This document shows, piece after piece, positions 14,301-25,123 of a stretch of 32,958 nt of DNA. Below the pieces are notes generated by a model. It saw nothing but the letters and a program-made list of their open reading frames with translations, was not told the origin of the DNA and did no database searches. This stretch comes from Catajapyx aquilonaris. Its lineage: Eukaryota. A program made the position numbers and the translations under genes. Positions within the stretch are counted from its first letter, which is position 1. Every line of letters starts with the position of its first letter. Where the stretch lies: assembly GCA_000934665.2 (NCBI GenBank), contig JYFJ02000248.1:124001-156958 (forward strand), given 5' to 3'.

Positions 14301-16717
14301 TCCTTCTGAGTTGGAATCTTGCTCTTCCTTTATTGTAGTGATCTTCGCTAATTTTCTGTCAAAAAATAACTCTAAGGAATAGTAAAGTTTCGCCAAAAAC
14401 GAATATCTTAATTGCACAATTCCTTCAGTGAAAATAATTTTTTCGCAGTTCATTTTATACGACTTTTAAAAATGTGCCCTCACTGCTTTCAATGGAAGAT
14501 TCTCTCAGCAATATTTTCTAGTCTATACTGAAGCATATACCAAAACTAATTTCACATCATATCAAACCTCGAAAAACGGGTTTTATTGTGTATGAGACAT
14601 ACTGCATTGCCATTAGAATTTTACAGCCATTTATTACACAACTCCCCAACATTATACTTGTTTTTTTTTAATTAAATAAAAAACCAATCAACATGCGTTT
14701 CTCTCATATTCCAATAAAGTTCACTTTGATATTCAGCCCCAGCCGCAGTCCTAATTGCACCATCTCACTCACAGTATGAACATCCAGTTTGTTTAGGGAT
14801 GTAGGTCCCGCACGTGCCAACCTGGAATGATCCCCCACGGATGCAAGACAGTCTGTTAAACACAAGCAGCCCGCATCGTGAATGGACCTCATGTGAAGTC
14901 AGGGGCACAGGTGAAGTGCTAAACCACGCCTGACCTTTAATCCTCCCGCAATAAAAGCAGGTGCAGTGCCCCCTCGTAATCATCAACTTGCCATCAGCTC
15001 TAATAAGACCTCCCATTACAAAGCCACTGACCCCAATGATACGGTAGCAGCGTGACCAACTCCAATTACACAAGGTCACAATAAGCTAATGATCCCGTTA
15101 CATATATACATATAATTTTGCCAGTACACATTTTTTTTTGCCATTACATTTTTTTTAACAATGATTTTGTTTGAAGATGGTTGCATGTGGCCAATCGGAT
15201 GATCCTAAAAGCAAAAAAAGGTTTCTTAAAATGAGAGGAGATGCAAGTGGGCATAAAAAACGGACGTGAGTGACCTCCTGACACAAATCTGGAGCAGTAT
15301 GTGTACGCTCCTTTATATCTGGTTGCCACCTGCCCAAGATGAGGGTCCGGTTTATTCCCAAAGGATGGCCAGCACCAACCAGCTGACCGGCTTTTAAGAG
15401 GAGATGACCAATCCTGTTTGGATGTGAGGATAGCGATTTTTGCCCTGGAGGCAAACCGTGATGGATGAGTGAATGGGGGAAGAAGAAGAAAAAAAAAGAT
15501 TCGCACCTTTGGATGCACCTGCAGTTTTCTCCCCCACTTCGCTTTTTTTCCTTCTAGATAATTTCCTTTTCGTTTTGGAGATTAACAGGCACTCTCGCCT
15601 GTGTTTGTAAGCATTTTGGCTATATAAAAGATGCCTTTGGTACAGAAAAATTCTAGCAAACCGCAAACACAGCTGATTAAAAATAATCAGCAAAATAATC
15701 GACTACACCCCAGTGATTATTACTAATCAGTTGACTACACACTCATTGTTTCTGCTACAAGTGAACTCCACTCATTGTGTCCGACAATGCTGCACGTAAC
15801 GTTATGATGTAATTTTGATGATCATATAGCGTGCCACGTGGTTCCCCATCGTGCACTAGTACAATAAATAAATAAAATCAGTCATAAGTCATGGGCATGT
15901 GCTTTTCACACTTATTGCAAGGGAAATGCTTTTAGAAAATTGATGGAGGCTTCTGCTTTTCACGATTGTTCTACATCGTGTGCAAACATTGGGAAACTGA
16001 ACGTGTCTCGCCACAAAATAAACTCATTAGGGGCAGTAATTATCCCACAATTACTATCAAACGCCTTCTCTGACAATCGGCCAAGTACTTTACCAGCCAA
16101 CGTAACGACCAAAGAACGTGAAGCAATAAATCCACTGCGGAGATACTCCCATGGATTTTTGCAATCCCATTTGTAAAGCTGGACCAACTAATAACAAGCC
16201 AACATTATTTTTGTTTCAATTTTTTTACTGGCAATACAGGGGTTCAGCATCACACGTGATTGGTTACTTCAACAGTTACCACCCAGCTAACATGTTTTCA
16301 AAGCACTTCTAGTAAAGTCAAAGCAGGTTCCCATTGTTGTTCCTGACAGATGTTACAGTTGATAAGACAAACCTTTCAGAACTCAATCAAGGCCAGTTGA
16401 ACGAAAGCAAAATAGGAGAAATCTCCAATTTTCTATAGTTATTCAGAATACATGATCCGACATATTAAACTGTGCATGCAAATAAAAAAAATATCATTAA
16501 TTAAATTAATTATACAGTAGATGGGTCAATTAAAATTATTTCCCCATATCAACCATTATAAATGCCAGGACCAGCAACACTGAGAACCCGCCATAACACT
16601 ACCAGCTGGCACTGTCGACAAAATCGGTCACTTAATGCACCATCAGTCATTAAATAAAACAAGCCATTTACACTTTGTTTCCAGGCGTAGTGTGGAATTA
16701 AAAATAAACATCACACG

Positions 16718-17431
16718 TCAAGGCTTGAGAGAGAGGTACATCTTCCCTTTAATAGTTTGCTTTAAAGGGTTGACCTTCTTCAAAATCTGTGCTATTAAGG
16801 TCACCATTGACTCTGAGCTCAGTCCCGTCTTCTTGCTCTTGAACTTCTGCAGCAGTTCAATAGTGGTCATAGGCTTGCGGATCAGGTACCTTCTGACCGC
16901 CTCCTCTGAGATGCCAGCCTCAGATGCTCCATCCATCTTTGGCCTCTTGGAACTGCCTGGGGTTTCTTGGACCGCCATCTTCCTCTTCCCATCTGTCGCA
17001 TCTCCAAGTCTGGTTGGAGTAGCCGCACGGGAACTGCTTGAGCTGGATGAGTCAACTTTGGGTGGGACGGCCGCAGCTGACAACACTGGTTTGCGGTCCT
17101 CGTCTGAACTGTCGCTAGAGCCAGATTTCTTTTTCCCCTTTGAGCTCTCCTTGTCCTTGCTCTTCTTCTTCTTTTTCTTCTTTGAATCCTTTTTGTCAGG
17201 CTTCTCCTGAGTTGGGGGTTCATCGAGGATAGGCATCTTTCCCTCCTGCGTCTCCTCCTTCTTTGCCTCATCATCATCCTTGTCTTCCTCCTTCTCTTCC
17301 TCATCCTCATCTTCCTCATCCGAGTTGAGCAGCTTCTTCAATGCATCCTCTTCAGCCACACCCTTCATCTCATCCTTTGCCTTCTCTTCCTGATCCTCAC
17401 TTCCACTGGACGAGTCTGACATGTAGTCCAC
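16718..17431 (-). CDS. GTF2F1: TFIIF large subunit (RAP74), exon 5, C-terminal winged helix
   Basis: ISEEAVRRYLIRKPMTTIELLQKFKSKKTGLSSE...LKKVNP matches the RAP74 C-terminus; acceptor ttctattag at 17432. Confidence 0.95.
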   Translation of the reverse strand: MDYMSDSSSGSEDQEEKAKDEMKGVAEEDALKKLLNSDEEDEDEEEKEEDKDDDEAKKEETQEGKMPILDEPPTQEKPDKKDSKKKKKKKSKDKESSKGKKKSGSSDSSDEDRKPVLSAAAVPPKVDSSSSSSSRAATPTRLGDATDGKRKMAVQETPGSSKRPKMDGASEAGISEEAVRRYLIRKPMTTIELLQKFKSKKTGLSSESMVTLIAQILKKVNPLKQTIKGKMYLSLKP

Positions 17432-17558
17432 CTAATAGAAAGCAGTAGGAAAATTAATGCCCATCTTTCAACCAATTTAGTTAAATGCCGCAGTTCCAAG
17501 CAGTATCTCTTGTGACCCACTAGTGGCAACTGAGAAAAATTATGTAATTTCATTTTAC

Positions 17559-18210
17559 CTCTCGTCCTTCCTCATCCCCATCATCACTCTCTTCCACTGC
17601 TTCATCATCGCTACCCTTCTTCTTCTTCTTCTTCTTCTTCTGATCGGCTTTCTTGCCACCCTTCGGCTTCTTCCCACCATCGTCGTCCTTTTCTTCGCCT
17701 GACTCTTGATCTGAATCCGAGTCATCCTCATCGGAATTTATCCAGTCATCCATGTCTGAGATCTTGAGCTCTGACTTCTTTCCCTTTCCCTTTTTCCCCT
17801 TAGCTTTGGCACCAGCACCTGGACCACCTTCTTCGTCATCCTCATCCTCATCATTCTTCCGCTTCTTATTCATCAGAGTGAAGTAATTCAAAATCTTGTT
17901 TCGCCGTCCAAACTCCTCTTCAGCCTCTTCTGCGCTCAGGGCTTTGTACTTCTGCACTTGGGTGAAGTTGTACCACTCGTGCACTGGGAAAGCTTCAAAG
18001 GCCCCGTCAGGTGCCTGAGTGAACACGTAGTAGTGGGCGTTCTCGGACACGCCACCTTCTCGGACACCCCTGTAGCGCTTCCCAGTCTTCCCTCCAATCT
18101 TCAAGAGCCATGGCTGGTCTTCCACCTTGTATCTCCTCAGCTGGATGCCATACTTCTTGCGTCGGGCTTCTTCACGTTGGTCTCGCCCAAACTCACTGCC
18201 TGCACCAAAC
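17559..18210 (-). CDS. GTF2F1: RAP74 exon 4
   Basis: FGAGSEFGRDQREEARRKKYG...EDQPWLL...DGAFEAFPVHEWYNF; acceptor ttaccag and donor GAG|GTAAAA, phases consistent. Confidence 0.95.
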
Positions 18211-18340
18211 CTGGTAAAAATTAAAAGGGGAAGCAGATGTTACTGTGATGGCCAAAATTCAGCATGAGCGTCAAACAAAATCTACTCAATAACCATTTAG
18301 GCCACAGAATATTGGTTTAGCCATTGACCTCAATTGCTAC

Positions 18341-18420
18341 TTGATTGATTGATTCAACTTTTAATGGTGCAAAAGCAACACTTCACCAAACACTGTGTTA
18401 CATTGGGCAGGTTATGCCAA
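18341..18420 (-). mobile_element. Possible 3' tail remnant of a non-LTR retroelement with a (CAAT)n end
   Basis: Minus strand reads ggcataacc...gttgcttttgcaccattaaaagttgaatcaatcaatcaa, resembling I/Nimb-type 3' ends from memory. Confidence 0.35.
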
Positions 18421-18509
18421 CCCACCCCAACGCAAATAAACTAAGGTACAAAAATAAGCGAACGGGTCAGTAAAAGTTTCAGCGACAAGTAAAAAAAGCA
18501 AGCAAATAT

Positions 18510-18775
18510 TAATTTTTAATGGATACCCCGTGATAGGCCCCTTGGGCCTCTTAGGGGATCATTTTTTGAATAACCGACTTTAATCATTTGCCTGCAATGT
18601 GATGGATTTTGATAGTGGGAGGAAACGGGAGAGCCCCGAGAAAACCCACGCAAACACGGCGAGAACCCATCGAAACTCTATCCACATAAGTATCCTCCGT
18701 CCGACCCGGGGATTGAACTCGGGACCTTAGAGGTGGAAGGCTGCAGCGCTAACCACTCGGCCACCGTGTCGCCAC
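18510..18775 (-). mobile_element. Full-length tRNA-derived SINE with V-domain-like core, in RAP74 intron 3
   Basis: A box TGGCCGAGTGG, B box GAGTTCAATCCC, core gtttgcgtgggttttctcggggctctcccgtttcctcccac, 3' stem-loop; 17-bp TSD aaaaagcaagcaaatat at 18493-18509 and 18776-18792. Confidence 0.92.
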
Positions 18776-19195
18776 AAAAAGCAAGCAAATATATAAAATT
18801 CCAATAAAATATGCTACAGTACATGATCTAAATGGATCATTCTCAGCATATCAATATGGTAAATTCATTGTAATTCAGTGCCTGGAAGCATGTAGTCTAT
18901 CTGATATGCGCAGTTGATTCTCACAATAAATTTTTCGTTGTTCGATAATTGTGATTTTAAAAAATAACGTGAGAAAAATGGAAAAGATGCACAGAAACAG
19001 TCTTTCTCTGCAGAAGTAAACCGTCACTTTGAACTGTGTAAGTCATTGGGACACTCGAAATGCCAGTCAGCTGATAACTTGGAAACCTTAGAAGCAGTTG
19101 CCCAACTCAAATGATGATGTTCACTCTGATCATACTAATAAATGTGTTGGCTACCCAATACTTCGCACATACAAATTCAGTGCTGCCACATTGTA

Positions 19196-19332
19196 CAGGA
19201 AGGTCCGCAGTCTACGAACGGGGTTATGTACTTGAGAACATTATACGTTATCCTTACATGGAACCTTGGGAATCCGTTTGTAAGTACAGATCGCCATAAG
19301 TTGGGTAGTTTGTAAACCAGGTACTCTGCCAG
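19196..19332. mobile_element. Degenerate pogo/Tigger-like MITE
   Basis: TA-flanked imperfect TIRs (caggaaggtccgcagtctacgaac / gtttgtaaaccaggtactctgccag); internal 18-mer ggaatccgtttgtaagta (19269-19286) recurs at 31731-31748. Confidence 0.4.
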
Positions 19333-19722
19333 TAACGACTGAACATACATTAAAGATTCTGCATGTTACCAGTGACATTACTGCATATAAAGCAGTATGC
19401 TAGTTAAATCAAGAACAGCCAGATGTTACAGAAAGTGCTGGTATCTACACTGGCATGCGGGGTATGCTGCGACAAATGGGTACGTTTTGTCTACTAAAAT
19501 TAAGCTTCTTTGGAAGCACAGCAATTTGGAGTTAAGTATGCCCTACTCACAAGCAATACTATAGAAAAATTCCCAACGTTTCCTGATCATATGCAGACAC
19601 TTCCGCAGCCCAGTCCGATTAAAACTGGCTGACAATTTAGTCATTCGCGTTGAACCATACAAGGTCAAAGAAATACATTACAAATCCCTCCATTTTACAC
19701 ACAGGTTTTTCCCTATGCTCAC

Positions 19723-19860
19723 TTTGGCATCTCCTCATCCATCCCCTTGAAGTCCTTCATGTTGTTCTCTCTCGACATCTTCGTCTGCGTCCACTTGGTA
19801 AACTCCATCGTGTTCGACGGCTGGTTGAACCGCATCACCTTGTACTCCTTCTTCGCATTC
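19723..19860 (-). CDS. GTF2F1: RAP74 exon 3
   Basis: NAKKEYKVMRFNQ...WTQTKMSRENN...EEMPK; acceptor ttgcag, donor AA|GTGAGC. Confidence 0.92.
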
Positions 19861-19925
19861 CTGCAATTACAAAATCAGACGAGAGTCAGCGTCGGAACGC
19901 CCAGTCGCAGAGTCCGGCTACTTAC

Positions 19926-19972
19926 TTAGGCACACGTACAACATACTCCTGAACTGTCGTATTCTTCGGACT
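19926..19972 (-). CDS. GTF2F1: RAP74 exon 2 (SPKNTTVQEYVVRVPK)
   Basis: EYVVRVPK is the conserved RAP74 N-terminal strand; acceptor tttag, donor AA|GTAAGT. Confidence 0.9.
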
Positions 19973-19991
19973 CTAAATATAAAGAATGTTC

Positions 19992-20008
19992 CATCATCAT
20001 TATTATTA

Positions 20009-20070
<62 letters not shown>
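19992..20070. repeat. (CAT)3(TAT)n microsatellite in RAP74 intron 1
   Basis: About 23 TAT units with one interruption. Confidence 0.97.
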
Positions 20071-20072
20071 GC

Positions 20073-20087
20073 CTGCAGGTTGTCCAT
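20073..20087 (-). CDS. GTF2F1: RAP74 probable exon 1 (MDNLQ), followed by a GC donor
   Basis: gccATGg Kozak context; the only ATG I found that reaches exon 2 in phase, which requires a CAG|GCAATA donor. Confidence 0.55.
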
Positions 20088-20238
20088 GGCTTCCAGGCGT
20101 GTTGCTGTGGGCCTCCAGATGGGTCAGTCCAGCAGCAGAATTCGAGGCCAACTTTTCCCTTACTTTTTCCTCCTCCTTCTAAAGAGAGAAGTGAACAAGC
20201 AGCTGTGCTATTCACCGACGCTCACTTGTTTCTCTAGC

Positions 20239-20250
20239 TAAGATGGCGGC
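20239..20250. promoter_or_regulatory. YY1/Pho-type motif (AAGATGGCGGC) at the RAP74 promoter
   Basis: Consensus match about 160 bp upstream of the proposed ATG. Confidence 0.55.
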
Positions 20251-20884
20251 CCCCAATGACATTTCAATTAATTATAATTAATTAACCCAACCCATGATCA
20301 GGGGGCTGTACTTTAACCACTTAAAAAAAATAATATCTAGTCGCAACTGTAAAATAATGCAAAATTTCACCAAAAATCCTACCTTTTTACCAGAACCATA
20401 TTTACTTACTTTATATATAAAAAATTATTTAAATATTATAATCCCTGCATGAACCATAAATTGTCCAACATGGCAGCTTCATACTGGAAAAAGTTACAAA
20501 TTGCGGGGGGGAAACCACTGAAAAATGTCCAAATTGGCACATGCAGCGTAATTCCACAATTGGGTCGTACATTCATTAGAAATCACTAACAAAATAGCAC
20601 TATGCACATTTATTGCTCAAGTTGTTCTTTATCAAAACAGCAGGCATGCCCCTTCATAAGCGTCACCACCAAGATCACACATGTGATGGACAGATCTACA
20701 AATTAGTGGACCACCACATGTAACTCCAAATATTGGGAAGAAAAAAAATATGATATGGCATGAAAAAAAAAAACATCCAACGCGTTGTCTTTATGCTGTG
20801 CATAAATCACATGAATAATCACATTAAAAAGAGGGGGAAAAATAATAATATTGAACACATGGCAATGCCAAACTGGTAATCCCC

Positions 20885-20962
20885 TCAGTTGCGAGGAGTG
20901 ATTGCAGAGTTGCTCAACGACGCTGGGATTTCACCAGTCTGACCCGTCTCTCTCGGAGGACC
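20885..20962 (-). CDS. GPS1: COP9 signalosome subunit 1, exon 8 (last)
   Basis: Acceptor atttgcag, phase 0, GPPRETGQ...PRN stop. Confidence 0.85.
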   Translation of the reverse strand, partial: GPPRETGQTGEIPASLSNSAITPRN

Positions 20963-21109
20963 CTGCAAATGAAAATAAACCATCAACACACGTACAACAA
21001 TTTACTTGTTCCCGACCAAAGAGAAGTACTCTATAGAATTATTTTCAAAAAATTTGCATTGATCTTCTCCGGCCTACTGAAAAGTCACAACCGACTTCTT
21101 CCGCCCCAC

Positions 21110-21374
21110 CTTGACTTGTATCTGGTTCTTGAGCATGGCAGCCCTAAGAATGAGCATCTTGGTCCTCCTCTGGTACTCCCTCCCCATCTGCAGGGCCTTC
21201 TCGAACGTGGTGCTCCTCTGATCCACGTCTTTGGCATACAGAATTTTGTTGTACGAATCGATCCGGGCCTGTATCTGCCCGTCTAATATTAGGAACATCA
21301 GCTCGTCCTCTAGAGCTGCCACAACCGTATTGAACGCTTCCGCCATCTTGTGCATGTCCGCCGACATGTACGGA
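21110..21374 (-). CDS. GPS1: CSN1 exon 7 (PCI domain)
   Basis: [16 protein letters not shown]...[20 protein letters not shown]. Confidence 0.95.
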
Positions 21375-21437
21375 CTTGGGAGGAGAAAATCAGCTGATTA
21401 CGCAAATGTTTGCAAACATCATTGTAATGAAACTGAC

Positions 21438-21757
21438 CTGAAGTACTGTATGAGTGCCCTGTTTCGAATCTGCTTGTAGAGAGAGGCAACATGCGGGGCG
21501 AGGTAGAGATCAAGTAGCAGGTTTTCTCGAATCTCATCGAGGAGCTTGAGACAAGAAGCGTACTTGGAGTCATAGAAGTTGAATATGATGTCCCTGAGTT
21601 GCGGCTCCAGTTCCAGGAAGAGCTTGAACTGACTGGATGAAATCACATGCTTCTGCAGCTCATCCCGATCGAAGCTGGCTAGAGCACACAGTCCACCGTA
21701 CACAGCCACGTTATTTTGGGACAACAGGTCCGGAAAATCACAATGGTCGAAGGAAGC
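21438..21757 (-). CDS. GPS1: CSN1 exon 6
   Basis: [31 protein letters not shown]...[11 protein letters not shown]. Confidence 0.95.
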
Positions 21758-21828
21758 CTGAAAATTACATGCTGTCTAATAAAAATTTCATGACGTAATG
21801 GAAATATGCCTCAAATGGCCACAATTAC

Positions 21829-22104
21829 CTGTAGAAAGAGACGAGCCGCTGCCTTATACTTCTTGCTCGCCAGCTCTGCCAAGCCAGCAGCACATTTTAA
21901 CTTTGTGGCCACTGCCTGACCACCCCCACTGATAGCTGTGGTTGGAGGACCCTCCTTTACTGCAGGTACCACTCCTGGCGCAGCACCCGGCACACTGTTA
22001 CCTCCACCAACTCCGCCCCTGGGATCAGCTGCATAGTCTGGGGTTGCTTCCGCCTTGCTAACGTAGCTCAGAACATGTGACCAGTTCTGTAGATACACAC
22101 TCAC
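21829..22104 (-). CDS. GPS1: CSN1 exon 5
   Basis: [19 protein letters not shown]...[13 protein letters not shown]. Confidence 0.95.
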
Positions 22105-22202
22105 CTTGAAGGAAAACATTTACGTTACGTCTCATAATAAATCATTTTCATCACAAATTGGCATGCCTCAAACGAGTAGCTTTCTAACTTGCAAAGATAT
22201 TA

Positions 22203-22521
22203 CACTGTACTCCCGATTATCCGGGTGTGGATTATCCATGTTTCGGATTATCTGTGCATTGTCCAAACAAAATGCAAGTCCTAAAAAAGTCATTTGTCTC
22301 ACAAAGAATATAACAAACTTTTTCCAGAACACAAACTATAAATGTGCTGTAAATTTCATGATTTTGCTTAAACCTTCATTACAGAAGCGTACAGTAGTTC
22401 ATTTAAAATCTATGAACAGCTCACGTTTACGGTATTTAGAACCACTTTCTGAATATCCGTGTTTTCCGATTATCCAGCTACACCTGTGCGGTTATTATCC
22501 AGGATAATTAGGAGTACACTT
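22203..22521. mobile_element. pogo/Tigger-like MITE in CSN1 intron 4
   Basis: 20-bp TIRs matching 16/20 (cactgtactcccgattatcc / ggataattaggagtacactt), TA at left, repeated gattatcc sub-motifs. Confidence 0.7.
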
Positions 22522-22560
22522 TCGCTACTTAGGCTTCAAATATTTTAAAAAAATTTAAAC

Positions 22561-22849
22561 CTTGATGACATTTAGACACATGTTGACAACGTGCTTTCCA
22601 CTGGTGCAGTAGTCTCTCGCCCGAGAGTAGCATTTAAGAGCATTGGATAGGTCGCCACAGTCCAGGTAATGGTCACCAAGGTCGTCGTGCCCTCGCCTGA
22701 TGCTCTCCTTGATGGAATTCGACTTGTAGTTCTTCAGGTCTGTGTCCAACTTCTCCAGTTTCAGGCCAGCTTTCTTCATCTTCGACTCCACCCATTGCAC
22801 ATCCAGCACCGGGAAGTCTGCTGGCGTCCCGTTGCCCACTTCCTGCTGG
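22561..22849 (-). CDS. GPS1: CSN1 exon 4
   Basis: [53 protein letters not shown]. Confidence 0.95.
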
Positions 22850-22913
22850 CTGTAAGATGTAATTCAAATGAAGTGTGCAATGGTACTAGTTGAAACGAGC
22901 ATTATACACGCAC

Positions 22914-23095
22914 CCCATGGTGTCCCTGAGTGTCTTGTGCAGCTGCTGGTAGAGGTTCATGTTGTACGTGTTGGCCACGTGGTTGATGGCCATCTTCAAG
23001 GCCTCCACCTTCTGCGAGGGGCAGTGCTCCGCTATGTGCATGAGCCGGTACATCTTCGCCAGCCCCGTGTAGCTACTGGCATATGCTTCCAAATC
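22914..23095 (-). CDS. GPS1: CSN1 exon 3
   Basis: DLEAYASSYTGLAKMYRLMHIAEHCP; phases 0/2 consistent with neighbours. Confidence 0.92.
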
Positions 23096-23373
23096 CTACC
23101 AAGAAAAGCATGTCACACTCCTTTCTATAAATATTGTACGCCCCCTTCAAACCGATATTACATCAGCACCTACATCCATGCCCAAAGTGGACAACTCAGG
23201 TTGAAATGACCATGCTACGGCTGCCATTACAGCGGCAGAATTTATAGGAGCCTTGCTTGTATGTAAACAATTAACGTGCAGCAAAATAAATACAGAGTTC
23301 TGGTTGCTACGGAAGTTTAGCTAATCAGAGGCAAGGAATGGAACACGGAATGTTTCCCCTGTTCTGTCCGCAC

Positions 23374-23463
23374 CAGTGTCGGATTCTCCACGACGAACGT
23401 GTCCTCCTCCGTGTTGTCGTTCTCCTCTGGCGGTGCATCAATCTGCATAGGCTCCACCGCATT
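23374..23463 (-). CDS. GPS1: CSN1 exon 2
   Basis: NAVEPMQIDAPPEE...FVVENPTL; acceptor tttcag, donor CTG|GTGCGG. Confidence 0.9.
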
Positions 23464-23609
23464 CTGAAAGTGCAGTTACCATTCAATTAATTAATTTTTG
23501 CCCTACTAATTGAACTTTCTTTTTTTTAGCCTCTTTTAAAGTGTGTTCCATCAATATTTCTCTTTGGACAACAAATCAGTGTGAATCTTTATTTGCAAAT
23601 GGGGCTTAC

Positions 23610-23621
23610 CGAGAGGGGCAT
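23610..23621 (-). CDS. GPS1: CSN1 exon 1 (MPLS); full model about 503 aa
   Basis: aacATGCCCCTCTCG|GTAAGC; the MPL start matches metazoan CSN1. Confidence 0.8.
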
Positions 23622-23893
23622 GTTGAGCTTGAAGCTGCTCAGACGAAGAGTCGAGCTGGTGGGAGCACAAAAACCACTCTGGAATGACCCCCAAAATGCC
23701 GAAAAAATGAAATAAAAAAAATAGCCAGACCCCAAAACGCCTTCAGGTGAAGTGTGTGTGTGGGGGGGTCGAAAATAACGCAGCGGCTTGGGCCTTGAAC
23801 TCGCCGGGTTCAGCTTATTAGCTTTATAAGTCAGCTTATTAGGTGGAAATAACAGTTTAATGAGTTCCATTGAAAAAAGGGCACATTTTTGGT

Positions 23894-23954
23894 CTGAAAG
23901 TCACAAATTGCAATAAATAAAAATTTTATTTATTGCAATTATTGTGACTTTCAG
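23894..23954. repeat. 61-bp near-perfect palindrome
   Basis: ctgaaagtcacaa-attgcaataaataaaa pairs with ttttatttattgcaattattgtgactttcag, with a 2-nt bulge. Confidence 0.9.
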
Positions 23955-24486
23955 TCAATTTGGGCTGAATGAATTGTGCTTAAATCTAGTCCGCTGATAC
24001 GAGTGGTTCTGTCGACTTCTGATGCATCCAGACCAAGGATGAACCATTTAATGCCTTCGTCAAGCCTTTGTTGTCATTTCTGGATATCTGCAGTGTGATT
24101 AATGGAAATTGCATGCACAATAATTTATTGTTGCACATTTTTCAAAATTAAATGGTGTGCCATTGAAAGAACGGTATGTATTTCCCACAGGTCAATAAGG
24201 TTACAAATTTTATGCAACTGTTATTTGCGCCATCAAATTCCGCACATAGCCGGAGAAGGACAAAAATTTTCCACAGTATTTTTTCATCAATGTTGCACCT
24301 GGATAAACTGGAGAGTAGAACTGTAGGTATCAAGCGTCTTCACAATTGCATGTCCTCTGGCTTGTCGGCTGGGATTGCACCTTTCACACCATCTCATCAT
24401 TCTTAGTCTTAAAGGCCTGTAAATGTATGTAATATGTAATTTGCAATATGCAATACCACAATACAGTAAGATGGAGAAAAACATAC

Positions 24487-25065
24487 TTATGTAAGCAACT
24501 CGACCAACCCTGGATCATATGCCATTTCCAAAGGGGTTTTTCCTGTGTTGCTCTCGAGGGTTGGATCCGCACCGTTCAGGAGTAGGTACTCTACAATTTC
24601 CGTGTGACCTTTGGTAGCTGCTAGATGGAGTGGGGTGTAGCCGTTCTTTTCCTTGGCATCCAAATAAGCCCCAGATTCATGAAGGTACTTGACTATAGAC
24701 AACCAACCATGATATGCGGCCTGATGGATTGGCACGATTCCATTCTGATCACTCATGTTCACCGATGCGAGGCCCTCAACTAGCAGTTGGCATGTGAACC
24801 GATGGCCATTCTTGGCTGCACATTGCAGGGGGGTCATCCTGTTTTCCGAGTGGCAATGATCCCCAGGCCAACCTTGCTTCAAGAGGTAATCCAGAACATC
24901 GTCTCGTCCACAATGGGCCGCCACGTGGAGGGCATGTCTTGTCAGTGGACTGTCCACCAGCTGTGCAACACCTCCCACCCTCGTCACCACCTTCTTCACC
25001 TCTTGCAGTCTACCATCCTTGCAGGCCTCAATGAGTTCCAATGCTGACAGTACCCAGTCGTCAAT
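24487..25065 (-). CDS. Ankyrin-repeat protein, main exon (about 5 ANK repeats)
   Basis: ALHVAAHCG, TPLQCAAKNGH, PIHQAAYHG, GYTPLHLAATKGHTEIVEYLLLNGAD, GKTPLEMA; acceptor ttcctag at 25066. Confidence 0.9.
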   Translation of the reverse strand: MDDWVLSALELIEACKDGRLQEVKKVVTRVGGVAQLVDSPLTRHALHVAAHCGRDDVLDYLLKQGWPGDHCHSENRMTPLQCAAKNGHRFTCQLLVEGLASVNMSDQNGIVPIHQAAYHGWLSIVKYLHESGAYLDAKEKNGYTPLHLAATKGHTEIVEYLLLNGADPTLESNTGKTPLEMAYDPGLVELLT

Positions 25066-25123
25066 CTAGGAAAGAACTTGTGAATTAGCAATCAGCTGAA
25101 GTGCGGAGGGAAGTGATACGTAC

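Noticed and set aside
18700..18775. tRNA gene (also 31120-31202)
   Set aside because: A/B boxes are present but continue into SINE cores and tails bounded by TSDs; no clean cloverleaf
20164..20178. 15-nt coding microexon (KEEEK) for RAP74
   Set aside because: Splice-like flanks exist but no in-frame upstream ATG; at most a 5' UTR exon
19918..20237. Poly-Asn and poly-Tyr ORFs
   Set aside because: Translations of the intronic microsatellite
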